From assembly GCF_031581025.1 (NCBI RefSeq), contig NZ_JAVLCA010000009.1: DNA of 64,000 nucleotides; one strand, written 5' to 3'. Numbering within the stretch: position 1 is the stretch's first letter; every line of letters begins with the position of its first letter. The notes beneath the pieces are model-generated. The model did no database searches. It was not told the origin of the DNA and was given only the letters and a program-made list of their open reading frames with translations. This stretch comes from Salibaculum sp. Its GTDB lineage: Bacteria > Pseudomonadota > Alphaproteobacteria > Rhodobacterales > Rhodobacteraceae. The translations under genes were made by a program, and so were the position numbers. This document shows positions 41,805 through 52,902 of this stretch, one piece after another.

Positions 41805-42029
41805 TCAGTGCACCGTAACAGGCGTCATGTCGTGCTGCCGCGCCAACTCGAAGGCCAGCGCGCGGTTGGCGACAAGCGCCAGCTGCTGCCCGTCGCTGTC
41901 ATGCACGGCATAAACCTGATTCATCCCGTCCGACTGCTCGCGAACCTCGTCGGGCAGGTCGGCGACGGCCACCGGCTTGACGTAGACGACCCGGTCGCCC
42001 AGCGCTTCGAAATCGTATTTCGTGTTCAT
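41805..42029 (-). CDS. DUF1150 family protein
   Basis: VYVKPV, YAVH..DG..LAL, PVTVH C-terminus; directly after hsp20. Confidence 0.88.
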   Translation of the reverse strand: MNTKYDFEALGDRVVYVKPVAVADLPDEVREQSDGMNQVYAVHDSDGQQLALVANRALAFELARQHDMTPVTVH

Positions 42030-42032
42030 GGC

Positions 42033-42446
42033 TCAGCTCCTGCGGATGTTGATGGTCTGGACGACACTTTCGGGCGCGGATCGGGTCAGATCCACGTGCA
42101 GCAGGCCATTTTCCATCACGGCCTCGCCCACGTCGACCCCGTCGGCCAGCACGAAGGACCGCTGGAATTGCCGCGCCGCGATCCCGCGATGCAGAAAGAC
42201 ACGGCCTTCGCCGTCCTCGGCCTGTTTGCCGCGGATCACCAGCTGGCTGTCCTCCAGCGTGATCGAGAGATCATCCTCGCGGAATCCAGCCACCGCCAGG
42301 GTGATCCGGTAGGAGGTCTCGGAGGTCTGTTCGATGTTGTAGGGGGGGTAGCCATCATTGCCGGTTTTCGCGGTGCGTTCCACCAGCCGCTCCAGCTGTT
42401 CGAACCCCAGTAGGAAGGGATGCGTCCCCAATGCCAGTTTCGTCAT
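42033..42446 (-). CDS. small heat shock protein Hsp20 (IbpA-like)
   Basis: LGFE, YPPYNIE, YRITLAVAGF, FLHRGIAAR.F.R.F.LA, ENGLLH.DL. Confidence 0.95.
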   Translation of the reverse strand: MTKLALGTHPFLLGFEQLERLVERTAKTGNDGYPPYNIEQTSETSYRITLAVAGFREDDLSITLEDSQLVIRGKQAEDGEGRVFLHRGIAARQFQRSFVLADGVDVGEAVMENGLLHVDLTRSAPESVVQTINIRRS

Positions 42447-42506
42447 GCGACATGCCCTTTTGTTAAGCGACCGTCCATTGCGAGCCCCTTTGTGGCGACC
42501 CGTTGC
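42447..42506 (-). promoter_or_regulatory. ROSE-like RNA thermometer in the hsp20 5' UTR
   Basis: UTR hairpin GUCGCUU...AAGGGC contains the U(U/C)GCU motif pairing over the SD with a bulged G; a second upstream hairpin CGGGUCGCC/GGGGCUCG. Confidence 0.6.
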
Positions 42507-42511
42507 TGAAA

Positions 42512-42540
42512 ATATGGGGGGGCGCGGAAGCCCATGCAAG
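42512..42540 (-). promoter_or_regulatory. sigma32 (RpoH) promoter of hsp20
   Basis: Minus strand CTTGCA-N15-CCCCATAT. Confidence 0.8.
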
Positions 42541-42611
42541 ACCTCGGGCCACCGGTTTCGCTTTGAAAACGGAGGGGCAGCCCCTATCTTGGGGACACAC
42601 TGACACCCGAG

Positions 42612-42845
42612 ATGGCGGAATCGACAATGAACAGCTCTGCCCGCATGGAGGAACGCGACGTGTTGCGCGTCGAACTGGAGGTTCTGCGCCAGGAACACCG
42701 CGACCTGGACGAGGCCATCAACGCCCTGCAGGATGACGGCAAGGGCGACATGTTCACGATCCGGCGGCTCAAGAAGCAGAAACTCGGCCTCAAGGACCGC
42801 ATCGCCCAGATCGAGGATCGGCTGTTTCCCGACATCATCGCCTGA
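42612..42845 (+). CDS. YdcH / DUF465 family protein
   Basis: EHRDLD.AI..L, RRLKK.KL.LKD.I..IE..L.PDIIA; start may be ATG 42627. Confidence 0.88.
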   Translation: MAESTMNSSARMEERDVLRVELEVLRQEHRDLDEAINALQDDGKGDMFTIRRLKKQKLGLKDRIAQIEDRLFPDIIA

Positions 42846-42861
42846 TCCGGCCCCTGCCGCG

Positions 42862-42889
42862 TTGCACGGCGGGCTGACATGGCTATAGT
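42862..42889 (+). promoter_or_regulatory. candidate purEK promoter
   Basis: TTGCAC-N16-TATAGT. Confidence 0.55.
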
Positions 42890-42917
42890 GCCGCTTTCCT
42901 AGGCAGGGGGCCGTATC

Positions 42918-43406
42918 ATGACCCAAGCACGCGTCGGCATCATCATGGGCAGCCAGTCCGACTGGCCCACCATGCGCGCGGCCGCGGATGTCCTGGACGA
43001 GCTGGGGGTAGAGGTCGAAACCCGGATCGTGTCCGCCCATCGCACGCCCGACCGGCTCTGGGACTACGGCAGGACAGCCCTGGACAGGGGCCTGCAGGTG
43101 ATCATCGCGGGGGCCGGCGGGGCCGCGCATCTGCCGGGCATGATGGCCTCAAAGACCCGTGTGCCGGTGATCGGCGTGCCGGTGCAGACCAGGGCGCTGT
43201 CCGGTGTCGACAGCCTTTATTCCATCCTGCAGATGCCGCGCGGCTATCCCGTTGCCACCATGGCCATCGGTTCTGCGGGCGCGACGAACGCGGGCCTGAT
43301 GGCCGCCGGCATCCTCGGACTGCAGGACCCGGCCCTCGCGCGGCGTCTGGACGACTGGCGCGCCGCCCTTTCCGCCTCGATCCCGGAAGAACCCAGCGAT
43401 GACTGA
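42918..43406 (+). CDS. purE: N5-carboxyaminoimidazole ribonucleotide mutase
   Basis: [39 protein letters not shown]. Confidence 0.98.
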   Translation: MTQARVGIIMGSQSDWPTMRAAADVLDELGVEVETRIVSAHRTPDRLWDYGRTALDRGLQVIIAGAGGAAHLPGMMASKTRVPVIGVPVQTRALSGVDSLYSILQMPRGYPVATMAIGSAGATNAGLMAAGILGLQDPALARRLDDWRAALSASIPEEPSDD

Positions 43407-44472
43407 TCCTCTTCCCATCGGCGCCACCATCGGCATTCTCGGCGGCGGCCAGCTGGGGCGGATGCTCTCGGTTGCCGCGGCGCGACTCGGCTTCAAGACC
43501 TGTATCTACGAGCCAGCGGGCGACTGCCCGGCCAGCCATGTCAGCAAATATCATTTCAAGGCCGGCTACGAGGACGAGACCGCCCTGCGCGCCTTTGCCG
43601 AGGCGGTGGATGTCATCACCTACGAATTCGAGAACATCCCCACCTCGGCGCTGGACCTGCTTGAGACACGCGCCCCGATCCGGCCCGGGCGCCGGGTGCT
43701 CGCCGTCTCGCAGGACCGGCTGACGGAAAAGGCCTTTCTAAGCGAACAGGGCCTGGGCACCGCGCCCTTCGCCGCCGTGGACGACGCGGTCGACCTGGCC
43801 GAAGCGATCGCCGAAATCGGCACGCCGGCGATCCTCAAGACCCGGCGTTTCGGCTATGACGGCAAGGGCCAGGCCCGCATCAAGGCCCCTGACGAGGCGG
43901 AGGCGGCGCTGGAAACCATGGCCGCCGCCCCCGCGATCCTCGAAGGCCAGGTCGATTTCACGCGCGAGGTTTCGGTGATCGCGGCCCGTGGGCTGGACGG
44001 GTCGGTCGCCTGCTTCGATCCTGGCGAGAACACCCACCGCGACGGTATCCTGCATGCGACAACCGTCCCTGCCACCCTGTCGCCGACCCAGCGCAGCGAC
44101 GCGGTTCTGGTGGCTGCGAAGATCCTCAATACGCTGCATTACGTCGGCGTCATGGGGGTCGAGCTTTTCGTCACCCCGCAGGGTCTGCTGGTCAACGAGA
44201 TCGCCCCGCGGGTGCACAATTCCGGGCACTGGACGCAGAACGGCTGCCTGATCGACCAGTTCGAGCAACACATCCGCGCCGTAGCGGGCTGGCCACTGGG
44301 CGACGGGTCGCGCCATGCCAACGTGATGATGGAGAACCTGATCGGTGAGGACGTGGCGCGCGTGCCCGACCTGGCCGGGACCAGCACGGCGATCCACCTC
44401 TACGGCAAGGCCGAGGTCAAGCCGGGCCGCAAGATGGGCCATATCAACAGGATCACCGGACCTGCGAACTGA
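43399..44472 (+). CDS. purK: N5-carboxyaminoimidazole ribonucleotide synthase
   Basis: [40 protein letters not shown]...PGRKMGH. Confidence 0.98.
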   Translation: MTDPLPIGATIGILGGGQLGRMLSVAAARLGFKTCIYEPAGDCPASHVSKYHFKAGYEDETALRAFAEAVDVITYEFENIPTSALDLLETRAPIRPGRRVLAVSQDRLTEKAFLSEQGLGTAPFAAVDDAVDLAEAIAEIGTPAILKTRRFGYDGKGQARIKAPDEAEAALETMAAAPAILEGQVDFTREVSVIAARGLDGSVACFDPGENTHRDGILHATTVPATLSPTQRSDAVLVAAKILNTLHYVGVMGVELFVTPQGLLVNEIAPRVHNSGHWTQNGCLIDQFEQHIRAVAGWPLGDGSRHANVMMENLIGEDVARVPDLAGTSTAIHLYGKAEVKPGRKMGHINRITGPAN

Positions 44473-44513
44473 CGGAAATTCCAGAATTTCGGTCCCCGCT
44501 GGCTTGGGGCCGA

Positions 44514-45233
44514 TCAGTCCAGCCCGAAGAGCACCGCGCGCAGGGTCAGGTCGCGGTCGAACTGACCGGTCTCCAGAAAGGCCCGGACCTGCGCCATGAC
44601 CAGCGGGTTGTTCATCATGAAGGTATGCGTCAACGGCAGCACGATATGGTCGTCCATCCCTTCGATGCGCGTCGAGGCGACCGAGACCTTGCCGTCATCC
44701 GGCCCGTCGATCACGTTGGAATAGATCGGGTTCAGCGTCCGGTTGCCCGCGATGATGCCCAGTTCGAAATCCGGCAGCGGCAGTGCCTCGGGCACGCCAT
44801 CGGTGCCCAGTTGCAGACCGGCGGGGCCATTGACCCAGCGGAACGGTTCGAAATCACCGAAGACGTCCACCAATTGCGAGCCATGGTTGGGCGGCCCCAG
44901 CATCACGACGCGGCCCAGGGTCTCGGGCCGGTGTTCGGCCAGCCAGGCGCGCACCAGGATGCCGCCCATGGAATGGGTCACGAAATGCACGCGCGCCGGG
45001 CCGCACTGCGCGACCTGCCGCGGGAGGGCCGCGGACACCAGTTTGCCGATGCTCGCCCGAGTCGAGGGGTACCCTTCGTTGATGACCCGATAGCCCGCGT
45101 CCTCGAGCACGCCCTGCAAGGCCAGAAAGGACGTCTCGCCCCGGGCCAGCCCGTGCAGCAGCACGACACAGTCCGCCGCCCGCGCGGGCAGCGACGACAG
45201 CATCAGAAACAGGGTGAGGAAAAGGGAACGCAT
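44514..45233 (-). CDS. secreted alpha/beta hydrolase (esterase/lipase-like)
   Basis: Signal peptide ending ARA, VLLHGL, THSMGG nucleophile elbow, PPNHGS, DDGKVSV, THTFM. Confidence 0.85.
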   Translation of the reverse strand: MRSLFLTLFLMLSSLPARAADCVVLLHGLARGETSFLALQGVLEDAGYRVINEGYPSTRASIGKLVSAALPRQVAQCGPARVHFVTHSMGGILVRAWLAEHRPETLGRVVMLGPPNHGSQLVDVFGDFEPFRWVNGPAGLQLGTDGVPEALPLPDFELGIIAGNRTLNPIYSNVIDGPDDGKVSVASTRIEGMDDHIVLPLTHTFMMNNPLVMAQVRAFLETGQFDRDLTLRAVLFGLD

Positions 45234-45312
45234 ACCTTTCCATATAAGGTTCCCGCCAAGGTGTAACAGATGCGTCTTGCCCTGACCCGACGGCATCACC
45301 AATCTGGCGCGC

Positions 45313-45759
45313 ATGACCCGACCTGTTCGCCTTGCTGTCCGCGGCCTGCTGATGCGGGACGATCGGCTGTTGCTGGTCAACGCCTATGCCGGGCGCGATG
45401 ATCTCTGGTGCGCTCCGGGCGGCGGTGTCGAGCGGCATCAGAGCCTGCCCGAGAACCTGGCCCGCGAGATATACGAGGAAACCGGCCTGACGGTCTCGGT
45501 CGGTGCGCCCTGCCTTGTGAACGAGTTTCACGATCCGACAGGCGATTTTCACCAGGTCGACATCTATTTCCGCTGCACACTGGTCGATGGCGACATTTCC
45601 CGGGATTGGCAAGACCCCGAGCGGATCGTCAGCCTGCGCCGCTGGGTCACGCGCGCCGAGATGGCCGGGATGCGCGTGAAACCCGAAAGTCTCGCCGCCG
45701 CGGCCTGGGGCGAGGGCATGGCGGCGGCCTATGATCCGCTGGAGCCGATCCTGCGGTAG
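45313..45759 (+). CDS. NUDIX hydrolase
   Basis: [20 protein letters not shown] Nudix box. Confidence 0.9.
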   Translation: MTRPVRLAVRGLLMRDDRLLLVNAYAGRDDLWCAPGGGVERHQSLPENLAREIYEETGLTVSVGAPCLVNEFHDPTGDFHQVDIYFRCTLVDGDISRDWQDPERIVSLRRWVTRAEMAGMRVKPESLAAAAWGEGMAAAYDPLEPILR

Positions 45760-45840
45760 AGCCCCTGGCGCAGGGGATTTTGCGGGACATCGAGGCGGGA
45801 CGGATGGCGCCGCCAGTCAGTATCTCTGACAGACCAATGA

Positions 45841-45866
45841 AAAGGGGCGCCCGGCAGGCGCCCCTT
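45841..45866 (-). terminator. intrinsic terminator of groESL
   Basis: 10-bp stem AAGGGGCGCC/GGCGCCCCTT, 5-nt loop, short U-tract on the minus strand. Confidence 0.75.
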
Positions 45867-45966
45867 CCTTGATCGGCAGTTTCGAAACAGGGCGCTTGGA
45901 TAGTCGGCTGCGCCGAGATCCCGCGTCCGCGTTGCGAACGTCGAAACTCCTTGCGGAAACTTCGAC

Positions 45967-47953
<1,987 letters not shown>

Positions 47954-48001
47954 ATCAGTAGCTCCTCAGCTAGACTTGTTCTCGTTCGTCCCTCTCGGGC
48001 G

Positions 48002-48028
48002 TTATCACTCACTCAGGGCGAGTGCTAA
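48002..48028. promoter_or_regulatory. CIRCE element (HrcA operator)
   Basis: Read toward groES: TTAGCACTC-N9-GAGTGATAA, one mismatch to TTAGCACTC-N9-GAGTGCTAA. Confidence 0.9.
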
Positions 48029-48036
48029 CTGCAGGG

Positions 48037-48065
48037 AGGTAGGCAAGAGCCGGAGCAGTGTCAAC
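48037..48065 (-). promoter_or_regulatory. groESL promoter
   Basis: Minus strand GTTGAC-N15-GCCTACCT (also TTGACA-N17-TACCTC), just upstream of CIRCE. Confidence 0.6.
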
Positions 48066-48092
48066 GGGGTGCCGCGACAAAAACAGCGCCAC

Positions 48093-48133
48093 GCAGGACG
48101 AAAGGACAGTTTGCAGGACGAAAGGACAGTTTG
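48093..48133. repeat. perfect 20-bp tandem direct repeat
   Basis: GCAGGACGAAAGGACAGTTT x2 (48093-48112, 48113-48132) plus a trailing G. Confidence 0.95.
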
Positions 48134-48353
48134 GTGACGAATCCCGGTATCGCGCACGATGGAGGCGCGCGTAACATCGTGCAAACGCCGTGCCACAGGC
48201 GGCCGGAGAACCGGTGCCGCGTCGGCTGATTGCCGCCCTGCTGACCTGCCTTGCCCTGCCGCTGGCCGCCCAGTGCCAGGGGCAGGGCCTTCAAAAGATT
48301 GGCCGTGGACCCCACGTCATGGGGCAACGCACCGCTAGAAAGGGAGGCCCACC

Positions 48354-49607
48354 ATGGACCCCACATCTCGCCGCACCGTCCCCGTGAACCTGCGCCAGAG
48401 CGGCGCGCCCCGCGTCGACATGCTGATCGGCACCCGGGTCCGCAAGTCACCCTTCTGGCACAAATCGGTGGAACATGGCGTGCGCGCCGTCACCGTCTAC
48501 AATCGTATGTATCATCCCCGCATCTACTTCTCGCAGGACGAGGGCGGGCTGCTGGGCGAATACGACTACCTGACCCGTCACGTGACCCTGTGGAACGTGG
48601 CCGTCGAGCGCCAGATCCAGATCAAGGGCCCCGATGCCACCGCCTTCGTGGATTTCCTCGTCACCCGCGCCATGGCCGGCGACAGGGAACTGGCCCCGGG
48701 CAAGGCGCGCTACGTGATCCTGTGCAACCGCGACGGCGGCATCGTGAACGACCCGGTCCTGTTGCGGATCGCCGAGGACGAATATTGGCTGTCGATCTCG
48801 GATTCCGACGTCGCGCTCTGGGCGCAGGGGGTAAATGTTTCCGGCCGCTTCGACGCCACGGTCCGGGAACTGGACGTGGCCCCGGTGCAGTTGCAGGGCC
48901 CCGACAGTGCCGCCGTGCTGCAGGACGCCGGGGTCGATGGCGTGGCGGAGATGAAATTCTTCAACCTGATGGAAACCACGCTTTTCGGCTGCGATGTCGT
49001 CATTTCCAAGACCGGGTTCTCGGGCGAAGAGGGCTTCGAGATCTACCTGCGCAACGCCACCCGCGATGCCGACGCGCTCTGGGATGGGCTGGTCGCGGCG
49101 GGGGCCCCTTATCACCTGCGGGTGATCGCGCCCAACCACATCAGCCGCATGGAGGCCGGGATCCTGTCCTACGGCCAGGACATGGATCTGGAGACAACGC
49201 CCTACGAGGTCGGGCTGGAGTGGCAGGTAAACCTGGACAAGGCCGACTTCATCGGCAAGGCCGCGCTGGAGGAGATCGCCGCGCGCGGCGTCAGCCACAA
49301 GCTCACCGGGCTGACCTTCGGCGGCCGCAAGATCGACTGGTACAACGCCGATTTCTGGCCCGTCCTGGACCCGGAGCAGCAAGAGGAGATCGGCTATGTC
49401 ACCTCTGCGTTCCACTCGCCCGGGATCGGCACGAATATCGCCTATGCCCGCGTGCCGGCGGCCCGCGCGACGCCGGGCCAGTCGCTGCTGGTCAAGACAC
49501 CCGGCGCGGTCGAGCCGATCCCCGCCCAGACCTGTGCAACACCCTTCACCATGCCAGAACGGGGGATGAACAGACCGGTCGGGATGGGCGGCGCCCCGAA
49601 ACGGTGA
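48354..49607 (+). CDS. GcvT / DmdA-like THF-dependent aminomethyltransferase family protein
   Basis: WNVAVERQI.IKGPDA, NDPVLLR, SISDSD, QGP, SKTGFSGE.GFEIY, R.EAGILSYG.D, GYVTS...SP; GGGAGG RBS. Confidence 0.88.
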   Translation: MDPTSRRTVPVNLRQSGAPRVDMLIGTRVRKSPFWHKSVEHGVRAVTVYNRMYHPRIYFSQDEGGLLGEYDYLTRHVTLWNVAVERQIQIKGPDATAFVDFLVTRAMAGDRELAPGKARYVILCNRDGGIVNDPVLLRIAEDEYWLSISDSDVALWAQGVNVSGRFDATVRELDVAPVQLQGPDSAAVLQDAGVDGVAEMKFFNLMETTLFGCDVVISKTGFSGEEGFEIYLRNATRDADALWDGLVAAGAPYHLRVIAPNHISRMEAGILSYGQDMDLETTPYEVGLEWQVNLDKADFIGKAALEEIAARGVSHKLTGLTFGGRKIDWYNADFWPVLDPEQQEEIGYVTSAFHSPGIGTNIAYARVPAARATPGQSLLVKTPGAVEPIPAQTCATPFTMPERGMNRPVGMGGAPKR

Positions 49608-49758
49608 TGCCCCGACAGGGGCTGGCGAGCACCGGATGGGCAGGACACGCAGCCTGACAAGGCCGCAATGCCTTCGACGCCGGCGCAACAAGGACAACTG
49701 CTCGCGCAGCGGGCGGAGTTCGCGTCAGTCGATATGCGGCCTGGCGCGTCCTGCCTCC

Positions 49759-50403
49759 TTACGCATCGCCCCAATCTTTCAAACCCTGCCGGCCTTCGGC
49801 ACTCAATCCGTAGACACCGCGCGTGACCCGCTCGAACCAGCCGTAGTGATTGTCGGCCATGATTCGCGTGGCTTGCGGCACCTCGGCCCCGTCGGCCACG
49901 ATCGCCCCGCGCGACGGGCCATGGACGGCCAGGAACCTTGCGCAGGCCAGGGCATCCTGCCGGTAGCCGGTGACAAGGCCATGCCGCGTCGCCCCGCCTG
50001 CGTTGGGGTCGCCTCGCAGACGCTCGAAATCCCGCAACAGCCGCGCCGCCTTCTGCCTGGACTTGCGCGGGCGAAACGGGCCGGGATCGGCCATGACCTC
50101 GACCAAGCCATCCCGGGGCCGCACGAAGATCACCCCCAGCCCCAGCATCCGCGCCATACGGACGTTCTCTTTCGCATTGCGCTTGGGCTTTGGCACGGCG
50201 ACATAGACAAGATCGCTGACCGCCTGCCGCGCGATGGCCTGATGAAACAGCGCCAGCGAAAAGCCGGTCTTCAACTCGACGATCAGCGGCGCCTCGTCGC
50301 CGCGCCGGGCCACGATATCGGCGGCGCCGACCTCGCCCTTGACCGTGTAGCCCTGCGCCTGCAGATACGCCTTGACGGGGGGGTACAGGTCGCTCTCACG
50401 CAC
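49759..50403 (-). CDS. DUF2161 family protein (putative PD-(D/E)XK-like)
   Basis: RESDLYPPVK.YL..QGY.VKGEV, VELK..F.L.L.HQ...RQ, GDPN.GG, TGYRQDAL, NHYGWF.R; GTG start. Confidence 0.85.
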   Translation of the reverse strand: MRESDLYPPVKAYLQAQGYTVKGEVGAADIVARRGDEAPLIVELKTGFSLALFHQAIARQAVSDLVYVAVPKPKRNAKENVRMARMLGLGVIFVRPRDGLVEVMADPGPFRPRKSRQKAARLLRDFERLRGDPNAGGATRHGLVTGYRQDALACARFLAVHGPSRGAIVADGAEVPQATRIMADNHYGWFERVTRGVYGLSAEGRQGLKDWGDA

Positions 50404-50517
50404 GCGGCGGCCGCACCCTGTGGCCCCGATGCAAGACCTGACACTCTGCCGCGTGACAGTCCAAACCATCCCCCCTATAAGGCCCGCGAATTCACCTGAA
50501 CCACGGGCTTATCAATA

Positions 50518-51438
50518 ATGACCACACTCGTTTTCGGCCACAAGGCCCCCGACACCGACTCCACCGGCGCGCCGCTGATCTGGGCTTGGTACCTCTCCGA
50601 GGTCAAAGGCGAGGATGCCAAGGCGGTCCTGCTGGGCCAGCCCAATACCGAGGCGGCCTTCGTCCTGTCCCGCTGGGGCTATGACACCCCCGAGATCATC
50701 GCGGACGTGGCCGACGACCAGCCCTGCGTCATCGTGGACACCAACAACCCCGCCGAACTGCCCGCCAATATCAACGGCGCCGACGTGCAGGCGATCATCG
50801 ACCATCACAAGCTGGTCGGCGGGCTGGAAACCAGGGGACCGATCAACATCACGATCAGTCCGCTGGCCTGCTCCGCCACCATCATGCACACCCTGATGGG
50901 CCCCGATGCCGACAAGCTGACCGACCCGGTCAAGGGGCTGATGCTGTCGTGCATCCTGTCGGACACGCTGGAATTCCGCAGCCCCACCACCACGGATCAG
51001 GACAAGGCGCTGGCCGAAAGCCTCGCCGCCGACCTGGGCCTGGATCTGACCGACTACGCCGCCGAGATGTTCGCGGCCAAGTCCGATGTCTCGGCCTTTT
51101 CCGATGCCGAGCTGATCCGCATGGACTCCAAGGAATACGAGGTCTCGGGCACCAAGTTCCGCGTCTCGGTCCTTGAAACCACCGCGCCCGAGATGCCGCT
51201 GGGGCGCAAGGACAGCCTGATAGCCAGCATGGCGGACGTCGCCGCCGAGGATGGCGTTGACGAGGTGCTGCTCTTCGTCGTCGACATCCTGCGCGAAGAA
51301 GCAACGCTGCTGGTGCCCAACGACACCGTCAAGACCGTCGCTGAAAAGAGCTTTGGCGCCACGGTAGAGGGCGACACCGTGGTTCTGCCCGGCGTCATGT
51401 CGCGCAAGAAGCAGATCATCCCCAACCTGGCGCTGTAA
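50518..51438 (+). CDS. ppaC: manganese-dependent inorganic pyrophosphatase (family II, DHH)
   Basis: GH..PDTDS, IIDHHK, ILSDTL.F.SPTTT, D.KE, SRKKQIIP. Confidence 0.96.
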   Translation: MTTLVFGHKAPDTDSTGAPLIWAWYLSEVKGEDAKAVLLGQPNTEAAFVLSRWGYDTPEIIADVADDQPCVIVDTNNPAELPANINGADVQAIIDHHKLVGGLETRGPINITISPLACSATIMHTLMGPDADKLTDPVKGLMLSCILSDTLEFRSPTTTDQDKALAESLAADLGLDLTDYAAEMFAAKSDVSAFSDAELIRMDSKEYEVSGTKFRVSVLETTAPEMPLGRKDSLIASMADVAAEDGVDEVLLFVVDILREEATLLVPNDTVKTVAEKSFGATVEGDTVVLPGVMSRKKQIIPNLAL

Positions 51439-51521
51439 TCCGGGCCGGGTCGGCTGCAACACCCCCGCCGGGCGAGGCGCGGCGGGGATTTCCTGGTCCG
51501 GGTTGCGCAGCGGGGGCTGAG

Positions 51522-52775
51522 CTAGACATCCTGCGCCCATGCGCCGTTGCGGAAGACCGGCACGCGGGTGCCGTCGGGCTTGATCCCGTCGATATCGGTC
51601 TCCGGCCCGCCGATCATCCAGTCGACGTGGATCAGGCTGCTGTTGCCACCACCCGCCGTGACCTTGGCCGGGTCGCTGGCGATCTCGTCCACGAAGCAGT
51701 CGGAATAGCACTGGCCCTGCGCGATGTGGCAGGCGGCGTTCTCGTCATAGAGCGTGTTGAAGAACAGCAGCCCCGATTGCGAGATGGGCGAGCCGTGCGG
51801 CACAAGCGCCACCTCGCCCAGCCGCGCCGCGCCTTCGTCGGTGTCGATCAGCTTTTTCCAGCTCGCCTCGCCCTCGCTGGCCGACGCCTCGACGATCCGG
51901 CCCGCTTCGAAGCGCACCTCTATATTCTCGATCGGCGTGCCCTGGTAGACCAGCGGTTTCGACGCGCGGGCGACGCCATCGACCCGGTCCTTGTGCGGGG
52001 TGGTAAAGACCTCTTCGGTGGGGATATTGGGGTTGCAGGTGATGCCGTTCTTGGCCTGCGAGGCGCCGCCCTTCCATTCATGCCCCTCGGCCAGGCCCAC
52101 TGTCAGGTCGGTGCCGCCGCCAGTGAAATGCAGCGCGCTGAAGGCCTGGTCGTTCAGCCACTCGGTGCGGGCGCGCAGCTTGGCGTTATGGGCCTGCCAT
52201 TCGGCCACGGGATCGTCCCGATCCACGCGGGAGGCGGCAAAGATCGCATCGGCCAGTTTCGCCACGGCCTCGTCCTCGGAGAGGTCGGGAAAGACCTGCC
52301 GCGCCCAGGCCCTGCCCGGGTAGCTGACGATGTTCCAGTTGATTTCGAAATTGACGATCCTCTCTTTCGCGGGCTTCGAGGCCGCCGAACTGGCCTTGGC
52401 CACCCGCGCGGCCCTGTCCGGGTCCTGCCCCTTCAGAAGCAGCGGGTTGTCGGCAGAAATGGCCAGCCGCGCGGCATTGTTCGCAAAGGCCTCGGCCATG
52501 CCGTTGTACAGCCAGCCGGGCGCCGAGTCGAAAGCGGCATCGTGGCCATGTTCGAACCGCGCCAACGTCACCTCCTCGTCCGACAGGATCGGCGTCACGT
52601 TGGCCGCCCCGGCCCGGTAGGCCGCCGCCGCGATGCGCCGGACCAGCGGCAACGCCTCGACCGGGGCGGTCAGGACAAGCTCCTGGCCGGGCTGCAACCC
52701 CAGACCAACCTGCACGGCCACCTCGGCCAGCTTGTCCAGTTTCACTGTGTCGAAAGGCAGGTCTGCGTCACTCAT
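51522..52775 (-). CDS. aminopeptidase, M29 (AmpS/PepS) family
   Basis: PNIPTEEVFTTP, LGEVALV, LYDENAACHIA.G, NSSLIHVDWMIG. Confidence 0.94.
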   Translation of the reverse strand: MSDADLPFDTVKLDKLAEVAVQVGLGLQPGQELVLTAPVEALPLVRRIAAAAYRAGAANVTPILSDEEVTLARFEHGHDAAFDSAPGWLYNGMAEAFANNAARLAISADNPLLLKGQDPDRAARVAKASSAASKPAKERIVNFEINWNIVSYPGRAWARQVFPDLSEDEAVAKLADAIFAASRVDRDDPVAEWQAHNAKLRARTEWLNDQAFSALHFTGGGTDLTVGLAEGHEWKGGASQAKNGITCNPNIPTEEVFTTPHKDRVDGVARASKPLVYQGTPIENIEVRFEAGRIVEASASEGEASWKKLIDTDEGAARLGEVALVPHGSPISQSGLLFFNTLYDENAACHIAQGQCYSDCFVDEIASDPAKVTAGGGNSSLIHVDWMIGGPETDIDGIKPDGTRVPVFRNGAWAQDV

Positions 52776-52902
52776 GGGGGCCTCGTGTGCGGGAAATGGA
52801 AGCCTGAACATATGCAGTGGATCGGCACAGTCCACCCTGCCCCTTTCCTCCGGTCGGCAAAACGGGCTATCTCGGCGCAAATCCACTGCCCGAAAGCACC
52901 CC

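Noticed and set aside
48093-48133. Tandem repeat as a mini-CRISPR
   Set aside because: The units are directly adjacent with no spacer, and no cas genes are present.
48190-48387. 65-aa ORF with a signal-peptide-like stretch (RRLIAALLTCLALPLAAQ)
   Set aside because: GTG start without an SD, overlaps the next gene out of frame, no recognisable domain; not supportable without homology data.
48354-49607. Naming this gene dmdA or gcvT
   Set aside because: Family motifs are shared, but the context and sequence details do not support either specific assignment.
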